This document shows positions 47,570 to 61,657 of a stretch of DNA of 64,000 nt, piece by piece (position 1 is the stretch's first letter; each line of letters opens with the position of its first letter). Origin of the DNA: Eledone cirrhosa (taxonomy: Eukaryota). The stretch is taken from NCBI GenBank assembly GCA_964016885.1, contig OZ024740.1, positions 307,520,001 to 307,584,000 of the forward strand, in the 5' to 3' direction. Made by a program: the position numbers and the translations under genes. Under the pieces are notes generated by a model that saw nothing but the letters and a program-made list of their open reading frames with translations, was not told the origin of the DNA and ran no database searches.

Positions 47570-49410
47570 GTAGTGGCAGTGTGTGTTGTGGTGGTGTAGT
47601 CGGTTATGGGGGTGGTTCTGGTGATGGTGGTGGTGGTGGTGGTGGTGGTGGTGGTGGTGGTGGTGGTGGTGGTAGTGGCAGTGTGTGTTGTGGTGGTGTG
47701 GTCGGTAATGGGGGTGGTTCTGGTTCTGGTGATGGTGGTGGTGGTGGTGGTGGTGGTAGTGGCAGTGTGTGTTGTGGTGGTGTGGTCGGTAATGGGGGTG
47801 GTTCTGGTGATGGTGGTGGTGGTGGTGGTGGTGGTAGTGGCAGTGTTTGTTGTGGTGGTGTGGTCGGTAATGGGGGTGGTTCTGGTTCTGGTGATGGTGG
47901 TGGTGGTGGTGGTGGACGTGGTGGTGGTGGTAGTGGCAGTGTTTGTTGTGGTGGTGTGGTTGGTAATGGGGGTGGTTCTGGTTCTGGTGATGGTGGTGGT
48001 GGTGGTGGTGGTGGTGGTGGTGGTAGTGGCAGTGTTTGTTGTGGTGGTGTGGTTGGTAATGGGGGTGGTTCTGGTTCTGGTGATGGTCATGGTGGTGGTG
48101 GTGGTGGAGGTGGTGGTGGTGGTGGTGGTGGTAGTGGTAGTGTGTGTTGTGGTGGTGTGGTCGGTAATGGGGGTGGTTCTGGTGATGGTGGTGGTGGTGG
48201 TGGTGGTGGTAGTGGCAGTGTTTGTTGTGGTGGTGTGGTCGGTAATGGGGGTGGTTCTGGTTCTGGTGATGGTGGTGGTGGTGGTGGTGGACGTGGTGGT
48301 GGTGGTAGTGGCAGTGTTTGTTGTGGTGGTGTGGTTGGTAATGGGGGTGGTTCTGGTTCTGGTGATGGTGGTGGTGGTGGTGGTGGTGGTGGTGGTGGTG
48401 GTGGTAGTGGCAGTGTTTGTTGTGGTGGTGTGGTTGGTAATGGGGGTGGTTCTGGTTCTGGTGATGGTGGTGGTGGTGATGGTGGTGGTGGACGTGGTGG
48501 TGGTGGTAGTGGCAGTGTTTGTTGTGGTGGTGTGGTTGGTAATGGGGGTGGTTCTGGTTCTGGTGATGGTGGTGGTGGAAGTGGCAGTGTTTGTTGTGGT
48601 GGTGTGGTCGGTAATGGGGGTGGTTCTGGTTCTGGTGATGGTGGTGGTGGTGGTGGCAGTGTGTGTTGTGGTGGTGTGGTCGGTAATGGCGGTGGTTCTG
48701 GTTCTGGTGATGGTGGTGGTGGTGGTGGCAGTGTGTGTTGTGGTGGTGTGGTCGGTAATGGCGGTGGTTCTGGTTCTGGTGATGGTGGTGGTGGTGGTGG
48801 CAGTGTGTGTTGTGGTGGTGTGGTCGGTAATGGGGGTGGTTCTGGTGATGGTCATGGTGGTGGTGGTGGTGGAAGTGGTGGTGGTGGTGGTGGTGGTGGA
48901 CGTGGTGGTGGTGGTAGTGGCAGTGTGTGTTGTGGTGGTGTGGTCGGTAATGGGGGTGGTTCTGGTGATGGTGGTGGTGGTGGTGGTGGTGGTAGTGGCA
49001 GTGTTTGTTGTGGTGGTGTGGTCGGTAATGGGGGTGGTTCTGGTTCTGGTGATGGTGGTGGTGGTGGTGGAAGTGGTGGTGGTGGTGGTGGTGGTGGACG
49101 TGGTGGTGGTGGTAGTGGCAGTGTGTGTTGTGGTGGTGTGGTCGGTAATGGCGGTGGTTCTGGTTCTGGTGATGGTGGTGGTGGTGATGGAAGTGGTGGT
49201 GGTGGTAGTGGCAGTGTTTGTTGCGGTGGTGTGGTCGGTAATGGGGGTGGTTCTGGTTCTGGCGATGGTGGTGGTGGTGGTGGTGGACGTGGTGGTGGTG
49301 GTAGTGGCATTGTTTGTTGGGGTGGTGTGGTCGGTAATGGCGGTGGGTCTGGTGATGGTAGTGGTGGCAGTGGTGGTAGTGGCAGTGTTTGTTGTTGTGG
49401 TGGTTGGTGA
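47570..49410. repeat. (GGT)n-based minisatellite, units of about 65-90 bp
   Basis: AGTGGCAGTGT(G/T)TGTTGTGGTGGTGTGGT(C/T)GGTAATGG(G/C)GGTGGTTCT..GGTGAT plus variable GGT runs. Confidence 0.95.
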
Positions 49411-49518
49411 CGGCGGTGACGGCGGTGACGGTGTGCGATAGCGGGGTTGATGGTGGTGGTGGTCGTAGTCTTCATCGTATTCGTTGTCGCGATGTAGATG
49501 GCGCTGATTGTATTAATA

Positions 49519-49692
49519 ATTGTTTCTACTTTAGGCACAAGGCCAGCAATTACCCAGTGCATTACTGGTACTTTATTTTATCGACCCCGTAAGGATGAAA
49601 GGCAAAGTCAACCTCGGCGGGATTTCAACTCAGATCGTAAAGGGACGTAACTATGCTGGAAAGCATGGCGTCCGACCCTCTACCAATACTGC
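49519..49692 (-). mobile_element. Major SINE copy
   Basis: Near-identical to 17080-17267. Confidence 0.9.
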
Positions 49693-49720
49693 TTAATAAT
49701 GGTTTCTTATATAGGCACAA

Positions 49721-50146
49721 TGATGTAGTGGAGTCTGTGCTGCTGTACGGGTCTGAGACTTGAACACTGACTAAGAAACTCACTCAGATGGTGGATGGGT
49801 GCTACACGAGAATGCTGAGGATGGCTCTGAATATTAATCAGTATATACTGAGGATGAACTCAGAGCTGTATGGGAGCCTCCTAAAAGTCAGCTCAAAAGT
49901 GACACAGAGGAGACTGAGGTTAGCTGGACATGCTCACCGGCATCCAGAGTTGATATTGCACTCAGTGCTCCTGTGGGAGCCCCTACATGGACACACTGGA
50001 AGAGGAAGACCAAGGTTAACATATGTTGATGCCCTAAGGACATACACTGGTCTGTTGGAGACACAGGACATGGCAGCGATAATGAGGGACAGAGACCGCT
50101 GGAGAGAACTCGTCCATGGATCTCGGGAATTTTACCCGCCCTAGAA
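49721..50146 (+). mobile_element. 5'-truncated RTE-like LINE inserted into a SINE with a 12-bp TSD
   Basis: VESVLLYGSET*..DGCYTRMLRMAL..RRLRLAGH..RGRPRLTYVD; ATATAGGCACAA at 49709-49720 and 50147-50158. Confidence 0.85.
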
Positions 50147-50399
50147 ATATAGGCACAAGGCCAGCAATTCTGGGGGAGGGGAAAGTCGATTAAAATCGGC
50201 CCCAGTGCGTGACTGGTATTTTATTTTATGCTGATTGTATTAATAATGATAAACGTGGTGGTAGTAATTTTGGTGGTGATGGTGATATTGTTTTTATTTG
50301 GCAACAGGTTAACTTTGCTGGAACCACCAGCGAGACTAGGGATTTCGACACATTGTCGCACACTCTGTTGACTGACTGCGTCATACCCCACTTTTTGTT

Positions 50400-52560
50400 T
50401 ACAAGGGTCGTGTGTTGTTTAGGCTACCTTTGATATTTCCAGACCCATAAGGCAGGTAGGTTGACCTGGACATGAATGACAGTGGAAGTGGTACCCCAAC
50501 GCTGTTAGATGTCTACACACGACGGAGAAAGAGTGGCTAGACTGAAGACTGTTCTGGGCAAATCTTGCTCGTTAATTTACGGGTGTAACTAGAAGAAGAT
50601 CAAGATGTGTGGTACTTGCGCTTAAATGTGATTGTGAACAGAGCCTCTTAAATCTAATCGAAAGGTTTCCAACTGTCTGGTATATATTAATTAGACCAAC
50701 CAAACGCACTAATGTGGGTTTGTGAAAATCGCAGTTGTCCCTCCAGAATGTGTCGAGGGTACATATCAAAATAGTAGATAGGAGTTGCGTACGTTGTCGC
50801 TATATTCGGCTAGTTTACTACAAAGGCAAGAGTTCTGCCAATCTAGATAGCACACATAGATGCGGTTATCAGAAGCTGAACGCGTCATTTTGGTCTTCAA
50901 AACTTAAAGTGATCGTAAGAGCGAGTTAGTCAAGTGTGGATAAACGGGAACAATTATAAATAACACACAATGGGATGGAAAATTAAAGTAGGATCAGAAA
51001 GGCAAATATGTAGTGCTAGAAAATGTTGCGGCCGGGAAAGGAGATTGTAGTTGATTTAGAAGAGACTGTTAAAATGACTTCACAACCTATGTAGTAGCGA
51101 TATAATAGCACATGCCAACTCGTTTGACACTAAACACGAAGTTTGAGTTTTCAAGCTAAGGCATTTATTCTAAGATATGAGGGCATCAAACCGTTCAATC
51201 TACTCGGGTGGAAGATGTATGCCGTGGCAGATATATGCAGCTGCTCAACAGCACTTTTGCGAAGTGTTTACAAAGATCAAGATACGTCTGGTTTCAATGC
51301 CTACATCAGCTGTCTACCACAAATCATGATGCAGGAGGTGGAGAACTTCTGAGATAGCAGTTGGTATGTCCGGCTGTACTGAAGGTTAACCATGCGATTA
51401 AGTGGCATCTCAGTTATTTAACGCTAATGAAACTGACAATAGAATGGGAGAATTTCCAGTTTGGGATCCCGTGAGCAGCGGCGTTCCTGATAAAGAGTAT
51501 AATGAAGGAGTACGTGATAGACAATGTGATTCTTATAACTCTGCTGAACATAGGACAAAACATTTTCGGCTGAGGTGCTCGTGAAGAGATTTGGCGCTTG
51601 TCATAGATAGTGTTGTCATGCCCAAACAAATGTGTCTGATACTAACAAGAGATATTCAGAATATTTTCTATCTCATACGATACATTGCAGTATTGGGTAG
51701 AGATTTGTCGCTAGTGGAACTGTGATAATGTTCATTAGGCTAAGGCTTTGGATAAGGTCGACTGTAGATATCTGGCAGCTTTGCAACCCCATGGTGTTTA
51801 GAAGCTGCATCATTTTTGTATAGCCATATATGCTCGGTGGTGGCTGTATATGGTCATGTATCGGAATCGTTAGGTTAAGAGACCCATTCTTCCAGGTTCT
51901 TGAGCCTCTGCTGCAGAAACTCGAGGTATTCGGCGATATTCCGATTGAATTGGGATGCCGAATGATTATTTCTGAATAGGTGAACGGCATTACCGTTGTG
52001 GTGTGAGGCACACCAGGAATTGAGATGGTCGGTTCGATACTGAAGTAATACGAGCTCATAAACAGGACAGATTGGTGGGCTTGAAACTCGTTACCTGGAA
52101 AGTCAAATTCATGTCAGTTAGTGATATCTCTGCTGTCGACTGTCACTGGAAGAACGATGAAAGCATGGTGGCCAGTTTAATTTAGAAATACGCTGAGATG
52201 AAGGTTGGGTAGACACGTCGAAAGTGTGTTCATCTCCATCTGAGCATCGTGCTATTCTCCAGGCTGTTTATAATCAGATTGGTCTATATGCTTCAAACAT
52301 TATCTACATAACTGCCTCAGTAATCCGTAGCTGATAAGATGCACTTTGGATATTATCAGGCGCTTAAAGCTTTCTACCAGTCAAGAAATGCGACCACTGG
52401 TAGTTTGTTCGGAGAAACTTTCTCAACGAGGCCCATGGAAAACTTCCGGAAATCTTTAGTCTTTAGTCATGGGTTACTGCTTGGGTTACTGCCGGTTAAG
52501 GATAAGTTCTACAGATACAGAAGTACCATCAGTCGGGTCTGCCAAAGACGCCTATCCATT
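50400..52560 (+). mobile_element. Highly degenerate Tx1/L1-like LINE
   Basis: SLFGETFSTRPMENFRKSL..LPVKDKFYRY resembles SLFGRTFGPGPMDNFQKSL..LPVRDKLYRH; KALDKVD remnant. Confidence 0.6.
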
Positions 52561-54531
52561 TGATATGGAAGGAGGATAAAAAAAGTTAATGAAATTATTA
52601 TCAGTTAGTAGAAAAATATAAAGAGAGAAGACTATATATGGAAAAATATAAAGAGGGAGTTGGAATAAGAGAGGGGATTAGTGCTGGAAAAATAATGACG
52701 GGGATAAGTTACTTATCAGAAAGGAGAGCTAAAAGTTATTTTTCAATCATTTAGACATTTAAAGAAACTCAAATATGTGTAAATGTGAATTGGAAGGTGC
52801 GGAAAATACTAAATAAGAGATGGTCCAAGAGAAGCAATTAATTTAAGTTAAATGGAAAACGTAATAAAATCAAATTTATGAGATATGGAAATATGGTAAA
52901 TGAATAATATTGTAAGTTAGTAGAAGGTGAACAAAGATGAATTAAAGAAATTCATGAATGATATGCTATAACTTCTATGTTGATGAAGAAATTTAATCTA
53001 CACAGATAATTAGATCCCAGTAGAAATAAGAGTAGATACACATGGCGGAATTAAAGATAGATTTCGATTTCCAAATGTGATTTATTTAAAGGTTACATCA
53101 AATTTAAGATTAAAATACGGTATGTTGATGAGGTTATTCTAACCAATAGGGTTAAAAGAGGGCTAGCTAGTGGTCCGATCATGATATATAGGAACGTTTA
53201 TGTGTGTAAAATCTTTCTGGGAATCACATGATACAAAAAGTAAGTTTGAAAATTTTCGAAAAGAATTCGAATATTCATCGTCAGACATGTGTTGATATCT
53301 AAACAATTGTAAAGTCTAAACCAAGTTATGCGTTTTGAGCACAGTGATCAATTAACCTTTACTTCCATTTGATTCACTCTGAGCTCTATGTAGTTCTCAA
53401 GTTCATAATTTATGGCTAAATATTAATAATAAGTAAGTAAACTAAGAAACTTGATAATTAGTCTTGTTGACTTGTAGTGAATTTCAAATGAGTCTTAATG
53501 TAGATAAGGATTAAATGTGGTTAGATGACTGATTACGTCAGATAAAGTTCTAGTTCATTAGAAAAAAAGAAAAAAATAATCCTAAAGAAAAGGTGAACGA
53601 AAAATGGAAGCATATATTCAAAAACTCTACATCCATTCACTCACCACTCACACCAGCAGGAATACAGTCTCATTTAGAGGTTTGTATCTAACTACGCAAT
53701 ATGAATTTATTGAAATGCTTACATTTAACGAACGCTTAAGAATTGACGGTGCTTTCTCCGCAGATCAAAGGTCACATTTGTCACTAATAGATGATATACT
53801 TCAGAGTTTTTCCTTTTACAGATCAAATTTAACTCAAAATCTTTGTTCCATTTCTTTTATCGATCACTGAAAGAAAGGGAATGGCTGCAAATATCTATTT
53901 GAATGTACCTTCTCTAATACAAAATATAGTGCTTCAGGTTTATGCTAGGTTCATGTCTGCTGATATAAGATATGTCGCATATATTATGATGTTTGTATTG
54001 CAGAATCAATCCAGCGGACATATAATGTTGATTGTACATGAAAACCAGGCTTCAATAATATAACCGGCTTATGGAATATAATTTGTTTTATATATATGGA
54101 ACAGCTAAAGCTTACCTTAATCGTTGAGCAGTTTCCCACATCTATGGTTGATGGGAAAATATTTATCTATTAATCTTTTGAAAGTTTTTGCTGTTAGACT
54201 GAAAATTTAGTAAGAGCTGTAAATCAAATAATATTGCGATACCTTTTCTCTTTTCTCAGACAGCGTAGATGAAGCTATATCTAATTTTATCTTTGAGTGC
54301 ACTCGCTTCTTGGTCATCGTTATAGTAATACATTTTTTTTTATAGATTTGAGATCCTTCTACATACGTTTTTTTATTATTTAGAAGGGTGGCAGAAACCC
54401 ATGTTTATGTAAGTAAACTTTTTATGTGACATTCTAAAAAGTGTATAGGATTTGAATATTAACTCATATAAACCTATTAGAAAAACAAATGGAAAGATAA
54501 ACTGAAGCACAAGCACACCAACACACACACC

Positions 54532-54669
<138 letters not shown>

Positions 54670-54809
54670 CTCTCACACACACACGTATATATATATGTGT
54701 GTGTGTGTAGGTATACATATATATATATATACATATATAGGCATATATATAAGAATATATATACAAATATATATGCATATAGACATGCGTATATATGAAC
54801 ATTCATACA

Positions 54810-56415
54810 TACACTGGACTATATTTCAAGGAGACAGTCTCTCTGTGCTACTATTTATTCTGTCAATAAACCCCTTGTCCTTTCTGCTCAAGAAATGTGA
54901 AGGATACATAATTGGCTCACAGGTGGATAGAAATACGAATCTAACCCATAACTTCTTTGTGGATGATCTGAAACTCTATGCCAAGAACATAAATAGGAGA
55001 AAGAAAAATCTTGACCTGGTTACGACGTTCTCAAAACATATAGAAATGGAGTTTGGCCAAGATAAATGGTCATATATGATTGTAAAGCGGAGAAAAACAA
55101 GCCAATCTAGCAACATTTCTATCAATGACCTAACTGTTTCACTGATATCTGACGAGGAATGCTACAGATAAATAGGGTTAGATGAAAATATATCCTATGA
55201 TGGTATCTGTAGCAAGGAATGCGTAACCAGGGAATATTACACCCGATTAAGAAAAATATGGTCATCGGAACTCTCTACGCACAATAAAACAGTGGCTCAC
55301 AATGTGTTTGCTGTGCCTGTCCTATCACCAACGTTTGGAATACTTGATTGGATGATAGACGAAATCAGAGCAATTAATGTTAAATCCCGAAAAATACTAA
55401 ACAACACCGGACATTCTACAGTGACATAGACTGCCTCTACTTGAAACGTAAGCAGGGAAGCAGAGGCCGAACATCTGTCCAGACAGCATTTGAGTGTCGC
55501 ATCATATCCCTCCAACAACATCTACGCCCATCTACTGAGAAACTCTGTCTGCATGAGACAGATAAGATGATGAGAGTTGGGAAGGAACTCCTTGAGAGAT
55601 ACTCCCTGCATGATAATCAAAAACTCACACCCAGGGAAATTGCCCAGCAATGCCGCAGTGAATCCATGAATGAAAAACTGCATGCTTATCAGCAAAAAAA
55701 TCATGCATGGATATTTTGCCAGGAGGCTGCAGAGTGAGAGTAATATAGATAAGAAAAGTAATCTAACTTGGACCAATAATCGCTATATTGTCTCTTACTT
55801 TGAAGGATATGCTTCTGCAATCCAAGAACAGGAAATCAACACAAAATACCTAATTCACAAAAGAGAGGTATGCAAGCAAAACACCTAGATGTGACAACAA
55901 GTGCAGACTCTGCAGAATTAACATCGAAGATGTCACCCTTGTCATAAGCAGCTGTCCAAAGATGTCATCATGGTACTATCTACCTATGAGGCATGATGTA
56001 GTAGCCAAAACACTGTACAATGCAATCCGTAGAAAATATAGCCCCGGCAATAAACATATCAAAAGTTACAGCAATGTAGAAGACATACGCATACATAATA
56101 TCAAACAGAACTGGTGGAATGTTCGAGTTAAAATCCTAAAAAAATGCAAACATAACAGACCAGATATAATGATATGGGACAGGGAAAAGGAGAATCTATA
56201 TACAGAGGAATCTGCAGACACTCCACCCTGACTATACCTTCAGATTTATCCCTGTGATTATTGGGGAACGGGGATATGTTAGTAACTGCCTCAGTACAAA
56301 TCGGGAGAAGCTGGGATTCTCAGAACCAGAAAGAACACTAATTAGGAAATTACAAGTACAATCCGTTAATGGAACAGTAAAAATATGTAAAATATTCCAA
56401 AACTTCTGCATCTAA
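54810..56415 (+). mobile_element. 5'-truncated R4/Dong-like (restriction-like endonuclease) non-LTR element, disrupted
   Basis: IFQGDSLSVLLF..NPLSFLL, HNFFVDDLKLYAKN, CRLC..SSC..RHDVVAK, HNRPDIMIWD; stops and frameshifts. Confidence 0.85.
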
Positions 56416-57056
56416 TAACTGCATGTACACAGGTACAGATACAAAACATATGCACGTGCACACAAATAACTCAAAACAATAACATCATTACCTGCACACA
56501 CGCGCATGCATGCATACATACATATCTGCTTAGTTGATGTGTAAATTCCAATGGAAGTGTTTTGTGTCTCTGTTAGAAACCCACTCTGTATTGATAAAAA
56601 TTTATAAAATTATAAAATCAGAAAACATATGTACATAAAACATCCATAACTACATACATAACTACATACCTACATATGTATATAGGAATATTAAAAGCGA
56701 CAAAAGAAATTAAATAGTGTGCAGAAGGTTATGATACAAAATCACAGGTCGTGGATGCATGTCCACTGTAAACTGTTGTTTCTAGTCATTTAGACAGAGA
56801 ATAATTAACAGAGCGTAATGTAGAAGAAAGAGTGGATGTGGAGGGTAAGAAAATAGATGTAAATGAATCAATTAATCAATATTTATTATTCATAGACTTA
56901 TCAAAGATCATAGCCTGAGATTAATATAGTCTGACCTCATAAATGCTTGAAGTATTCATGCCAGTGCATTTTACCATTGCACTTTTCTTTGAACATCATA
57001 TCTGATTATATGTCCCTAACAAAATGTATTCTTCTCTATCTGCTGCCAATTTTCCA

Positions 57057-57331
<275 letters not shown>

Positions 57332-58095
57332 GAGTACTTTCGTATCTCATGTTCCCTTTCACAGATTTCTATTATTTGGCACACTCTTCTAGGAATGATT
57401 AATTAACATGACAATGCATCATACCCATTCCTCCCAGCGAACGCTATCCTCTTAGATACAGTTTATGCACGTGATGCCATCTTTATACGTTGCTTGTAGA
57501 TCCTGCTGAAACCCATTTATAGTTTTCTGTGTGGTTTATCTTACCAATGAAAAACTTGCAAAGCATTGAGGTATATCGTTGATATCTTCAGTTGTTATTG
57601 TTCGTATGGTAATTGAACTCAATTCCGAGTTTTAGCAGTTTGGAAACCCGTCAGTGTATTCTAATATTCCCTAAAAATTGACATCAAAGTAATGTCGATC
57701 GATTTCATATTTATCTAGTTTGTCGTTTAATCTGCCCAAACAGAAGAGGCTATTTTGCGATACAAAACCCACTGATCCGTAAAACAGGATCAACAGCTTA
57801 TGATTGTATCAATGCATTTGAAATTGACTTAAATGTCTTCCATTTGGCTTTGTGTGCATCAATGTCTACACGTTTTATTTACTCATCTATTTATTTGCGA
57901 TGAGGAAAATTAGTTTAAAAGTCCCTATAGTTATTCACTAGTTTGAAACATGTATCTTATTGCATCTGGAATGTATGATGTTATGTTATTATATATATAT
58001 ATCTATCTATTATATATCTATATATCTAACTATATATGTATGTATGTTATAACATACATATAAACATGTATATATACATGCATATATAATATATA

Positions 58096-58149
<54 letters not shown>

Positions 58150-58226
58150 ACGAGTAATGGTTATGATCTTTACATATTGCGATTGATGTGGCTAATGGTT
58201 TCAGAGAAAAAAGTTAGTATACGTAT

Positions 58227-58305
<79 letters not shown>

Positions 58306-58416
58306 ATATATTATATATATTATATAATATATATGTGTGTGTCCTGATGGTAGCTATGATGCTTCCATAGGCGGTATGCTAGTTGAGCACTCTATGCTCC
58401 TACAGAGCAGAGTATG

Positions 58417-58700
58417 ATATAATATAAAACGAAAAAATCAGTGATGCATTCTGAACTCCATTTATTGTGTGTTACAATTGTTTCGCCGGCGGGACAGCTC
58501 GAGACACGATCATTGTGTGGATCTGTCTGATTCTGGATCCGCAGGTTCGACAGACACTTCTAAAGATTTCGGAGCAAATTCTTTTCACTGGGGTGTTGAC
58601 GCTAACACAATGATCGTGTCCTCGAGCTGTCCAAAGCGAAACAATTGTAACACACAATAAATCGAGTTCAGATGCATCACTGATTTTTTCGTTTTATATA
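58417..58700. mobile_element. Fold-back element with HHR 3' half (GAAA-CAATTG-TA)
   Basis: Arms 58417-58518 / 58605-58700; tail about 58340-58416; TA flanks. Confidence 0.8.
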
Positions 58701-58959
58701 TTATATATATATTATATATATATATTATATATATATATTTTCCCGCATTTTCTAGTGGCCCAGTTCATGTGTGAGTCATTTTAATGGCCTTACTAATACT
58801 AGCTTGTAGTTGGCAAAATATTTGCAGATTATGGACTAGTTCCTACTGTATGGAAATAGCTATAATGATGAACTTTACTTTTCCGTTAGAAATTCTCCGA
58901 ATCTCTAACCTTTTGCATGCGCAGAGAAGACAAAAAAATAAACAAATAAATAAATAAAT

Positions 58960-59270
58960 AAAACAGACTAAATAAAGATGGCGTAGGCATACAATGCAAC
59001 GGGAGTAAAGATAATAGCACCACAGACGATGTTGCAGATGTGCAACGAAAGAACTTTGATAGACTATATATATATATGTGTTTTGTGTCTATATTGTATC
59101 TGTATTTTTGACCGTTGGTCAGTCAATGTTAACATTGAGGACCGAATAAATCTAATTAACCGATATAAAAGACACAGAAGCGAAAACCAACCAAACAGTG
59201 AGTGTATTCTGTTATTAATTCTGGTAATATTATTACACAAATATGACCCTCCCCAAGTAAAACACAATAT
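58960..59270 (+). mobile_element. PLE pseudo-LTR remnant with variant HHR (59019-59060)
   Basis: Homologous to 16499-16805; ends ATGACCCTCCCCAAGTA like the PLE at 43029-43045. Confidence 0.7.
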
Positions 59271-59364
59271 ATATATATATGTATTATAATATTATAATAT
59301 ATTATATGTATATATATTATATACTATATATATTATATATATTATATATATATACAATATATTA

Positions 59365-59817
59365 ACGAATGGAAACTGTATTTATAAAACCGTATTTATT
59401 TCATTATACATAAATACATATTATAATAAATAATATATGTTATAATAAATAAATAAATATGGTTTAATAAATATAGTTTCCATTGGTTAAATATATTGTA
59501 TATATACTCCAATAATTTGTTGAGTGCTTTATATCAGTTATAAAAAATATTTTGCTTGTTGTATCCCAACAAATTAAATATAACCTCTACATATATATAT
59601 ATATAATATATTATATATATATATACACATATATATATACATATATATTATAATTATACAATATAATTATATACATATATATATATACATATATATATCT
59701 AATATAATATATAATTAATATATATATACTATAATATATATACATATATATATACTATATATATAATATATATATATAAAATATATATATATATATATTA
59801 TATATATATATATATAT

Positions 59818-59861
<44 letters not shown>

Positions 59862-60079
59862 CTATATATAATTATATATATATGCAAAAGTTCTATTTAA
59901 AATTGTTGGGATACAACAAGTAAATATTTTTATAACTGATATAAAGCACTCGACAAGTATTTGGAGTATATATACGATATTAATAAATGGAAACTATATT
60001 TATAAAACCATATTTATTTCATTATACATATTTCAGGGATACCAAATTATATTATGGTATGCCTTCATCAGACAAAATA
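59365..60079. repeat. Nested inverted copies of an HHR-bearing pLTR-like sequence around a TA-rich field
   Basis: 59450-59590 inverted relative to 59885-60020; partial direct copy at 59369-59410. Confidence 0.7.
60015..60079 (-). ncRNA. Type I hammerhead ribozyme
   Basis: Minus: TATTTTGT-CTGATGA-AGGCATACCA..TGGTATCCCT-GAAA-TATGTA-TA-ATGAAATA. Confidence 0.75.
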
Positions 60080-60492
60080 CAATATGTAACAGTTTTACAA
60101 ATAAGCTTTGACGTACCCTTTTAAAATGCAACCATTATTTTTGGAAGCCATATATATATATATATAATAATGATAATAATGGAGCTGCGCATTGCAAATG
60201 GGATACATATGAAAAAGTAAGTCCTTCATCAGTGACCCTCCAACCGTCCCAGGCATTTCATCGCTTTAAGGGCCATATACCTCAGGTTGGTGCGAACAAC
60301 GGCTAAAAAAAGTCGTTGGGACACGTAAATAAAGGGGACGTTAGGGTGAACAAACAAAATGGTTTAAGCAACAGAAAGTGAGAAGAAAGAGACAAGTCCC
60401 AGATTTCTATGAATATAAACTCGGTGAAATCGTGAACAAGAGACAAAAGACCATCAAACCTGGTTGAAATGTGAGCAAGGAAGGAATTTCGC

Positions 60493-60608
60493 ACAGGTCT
60501 AACGGGGGGAAGAAGAAGGGGTCTGGTCTACGAATTCGGTAAACATAAGTTCTGTGAAGTTGCAGACGAGCAGACCAGATCCCTTCTTCTTCCCCCCGTT
60601 AGACCTGT
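60493..60608. repeat. Inverted repeat, about 37-bp arms
   Basis: ACAGGTCTAACGGGGGGAAGAAGAAGGGGTCTGGTCT / AGACCAGATCCCTTCTTCTTCCCCCCGTTAGACCTGT. Confidence 0.85.
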
Positions 60609-60837
60609 AATCTATGTCGCATCCATTCCACTCTGTAAATACGAAACTTTTGTTGACAACATCAATATCCATGTATCTACATGATTGTTCAGTTGAATAG
60701 GAGGTTAATTATATGTACAAACATTGCTAGTGCTCCGATGATTCCAAACGAAAGTTTGGAAGAAATGATTGTCAGCAATATAATGATTTGAACATAGCTT
60801 TGATTATTGTGTAATTTATATTCCTGCTCTGTAAAAC

Positions 60838-60949
60838 ATCTGATGTATTTGTATTGAGCTATTTTTCTTACTGGTAATAAGGTAGTAATAAATTACTGAC
60901 CTTTCCGGTTTATAGTTGTATATAGTGTATACATAACTATAAATACTAT

Positions 60950-60985
<36 letters not shown>

Positions 60986-61507
60986 CGTTTCTGAATTTGT
61001 TTAGCAAGATTCTTTATCTGAAAACGTGTGTTGAAACCGATATTGTTATACTTTGGGAGGGTCATGTTGCCAATAAGAAACACACGCACCAGTTGCTTTC
61101 ACTTCAATTTATTATAATAAATTTATAAATTTAGGAATTTATAAATTTCCGGTTGGTTGGTTCCACAACCAGATGGTTGTTTATATATTGTCAAAGTTCT
61201 TTCGTCACACATTCTGTGACCTCTTCAGTGACTGGGGATTCTTTTCTTTGTTTTTTGTGCATCTCCTTTGTTCTGTCCTACGAACAAAGGAGAGGCACAA
61301 AAAACAAAGAAAAGAATCCCCAGTCACTGAAGAGGTCACAGAATGTGTGACGAAAGAACTTTGACAATATATAAACAACCATCTGGTTGTGGAACCAACC
61401 AACCGGAAATTTATAAATTCCTAAATTTATAAATTTATTATAATAAATTGAAGTGAAAGCAACTGGTGCGTGTGTTTCTTATTGGCAACATGACCCTCCC
61501 AAAGTAT

Positions 61508-61543
<36 letters not shown>

Positions 61544-61657
61544 ATAATAGTATTTATAGCTATGTATACACTATATACAACTATAAACAGGAAAGGTCAG
61601 TAATTCATTACTACCTTATTACCAGTAAGAAAAATAGCTCAATATAAATACATCAGA
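60838..61657. repeat. Outer inverted repeat (about 120-bp arms) enclosing the PLE palindrome
   Basis: 60838-60960 is the reverse complement of 61535-61657. Confidence 0.85.
60984..61513 (-). mobile_element. Non-coding palindromic derivative of the PLE at 40897-43110 (pLTR plus inverted pLTR), HHRs at 61190-61232 (-) and 61323-61365 (+)
   Basis: High identity to 42805-43110; tail only on the left arm; (TA)n flanks. Confidence 0.9.

Noticed and set aside
47431-49562. 659/611/435-aa ORFs as real genes
   Set aside because: Open in several frames on both strands, as expected for GGT repeats; start lies in a TG microsatellite; kept only as a low-interest finding
52570-53560. Minus-strand degenerate PLE RT
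   Set aside because: Only faint motif resemblance; not supportable without alignment
53604-54330. Possible host exon(s) in non-repetitive sequence (also 20850-21650, 25160-25450, 63550-63740)
   Set aside because: Only short ORFs, no recognisable domain, no convincing splice pattern; needs BLASTX or RNA-seq
60240-60290. Pistol/twister ribozyme or SECIS
   Set aside because: Only short word matches (CCCUUAAAGCG); required pseudoknots and AUGA/GA quartet could not be placed
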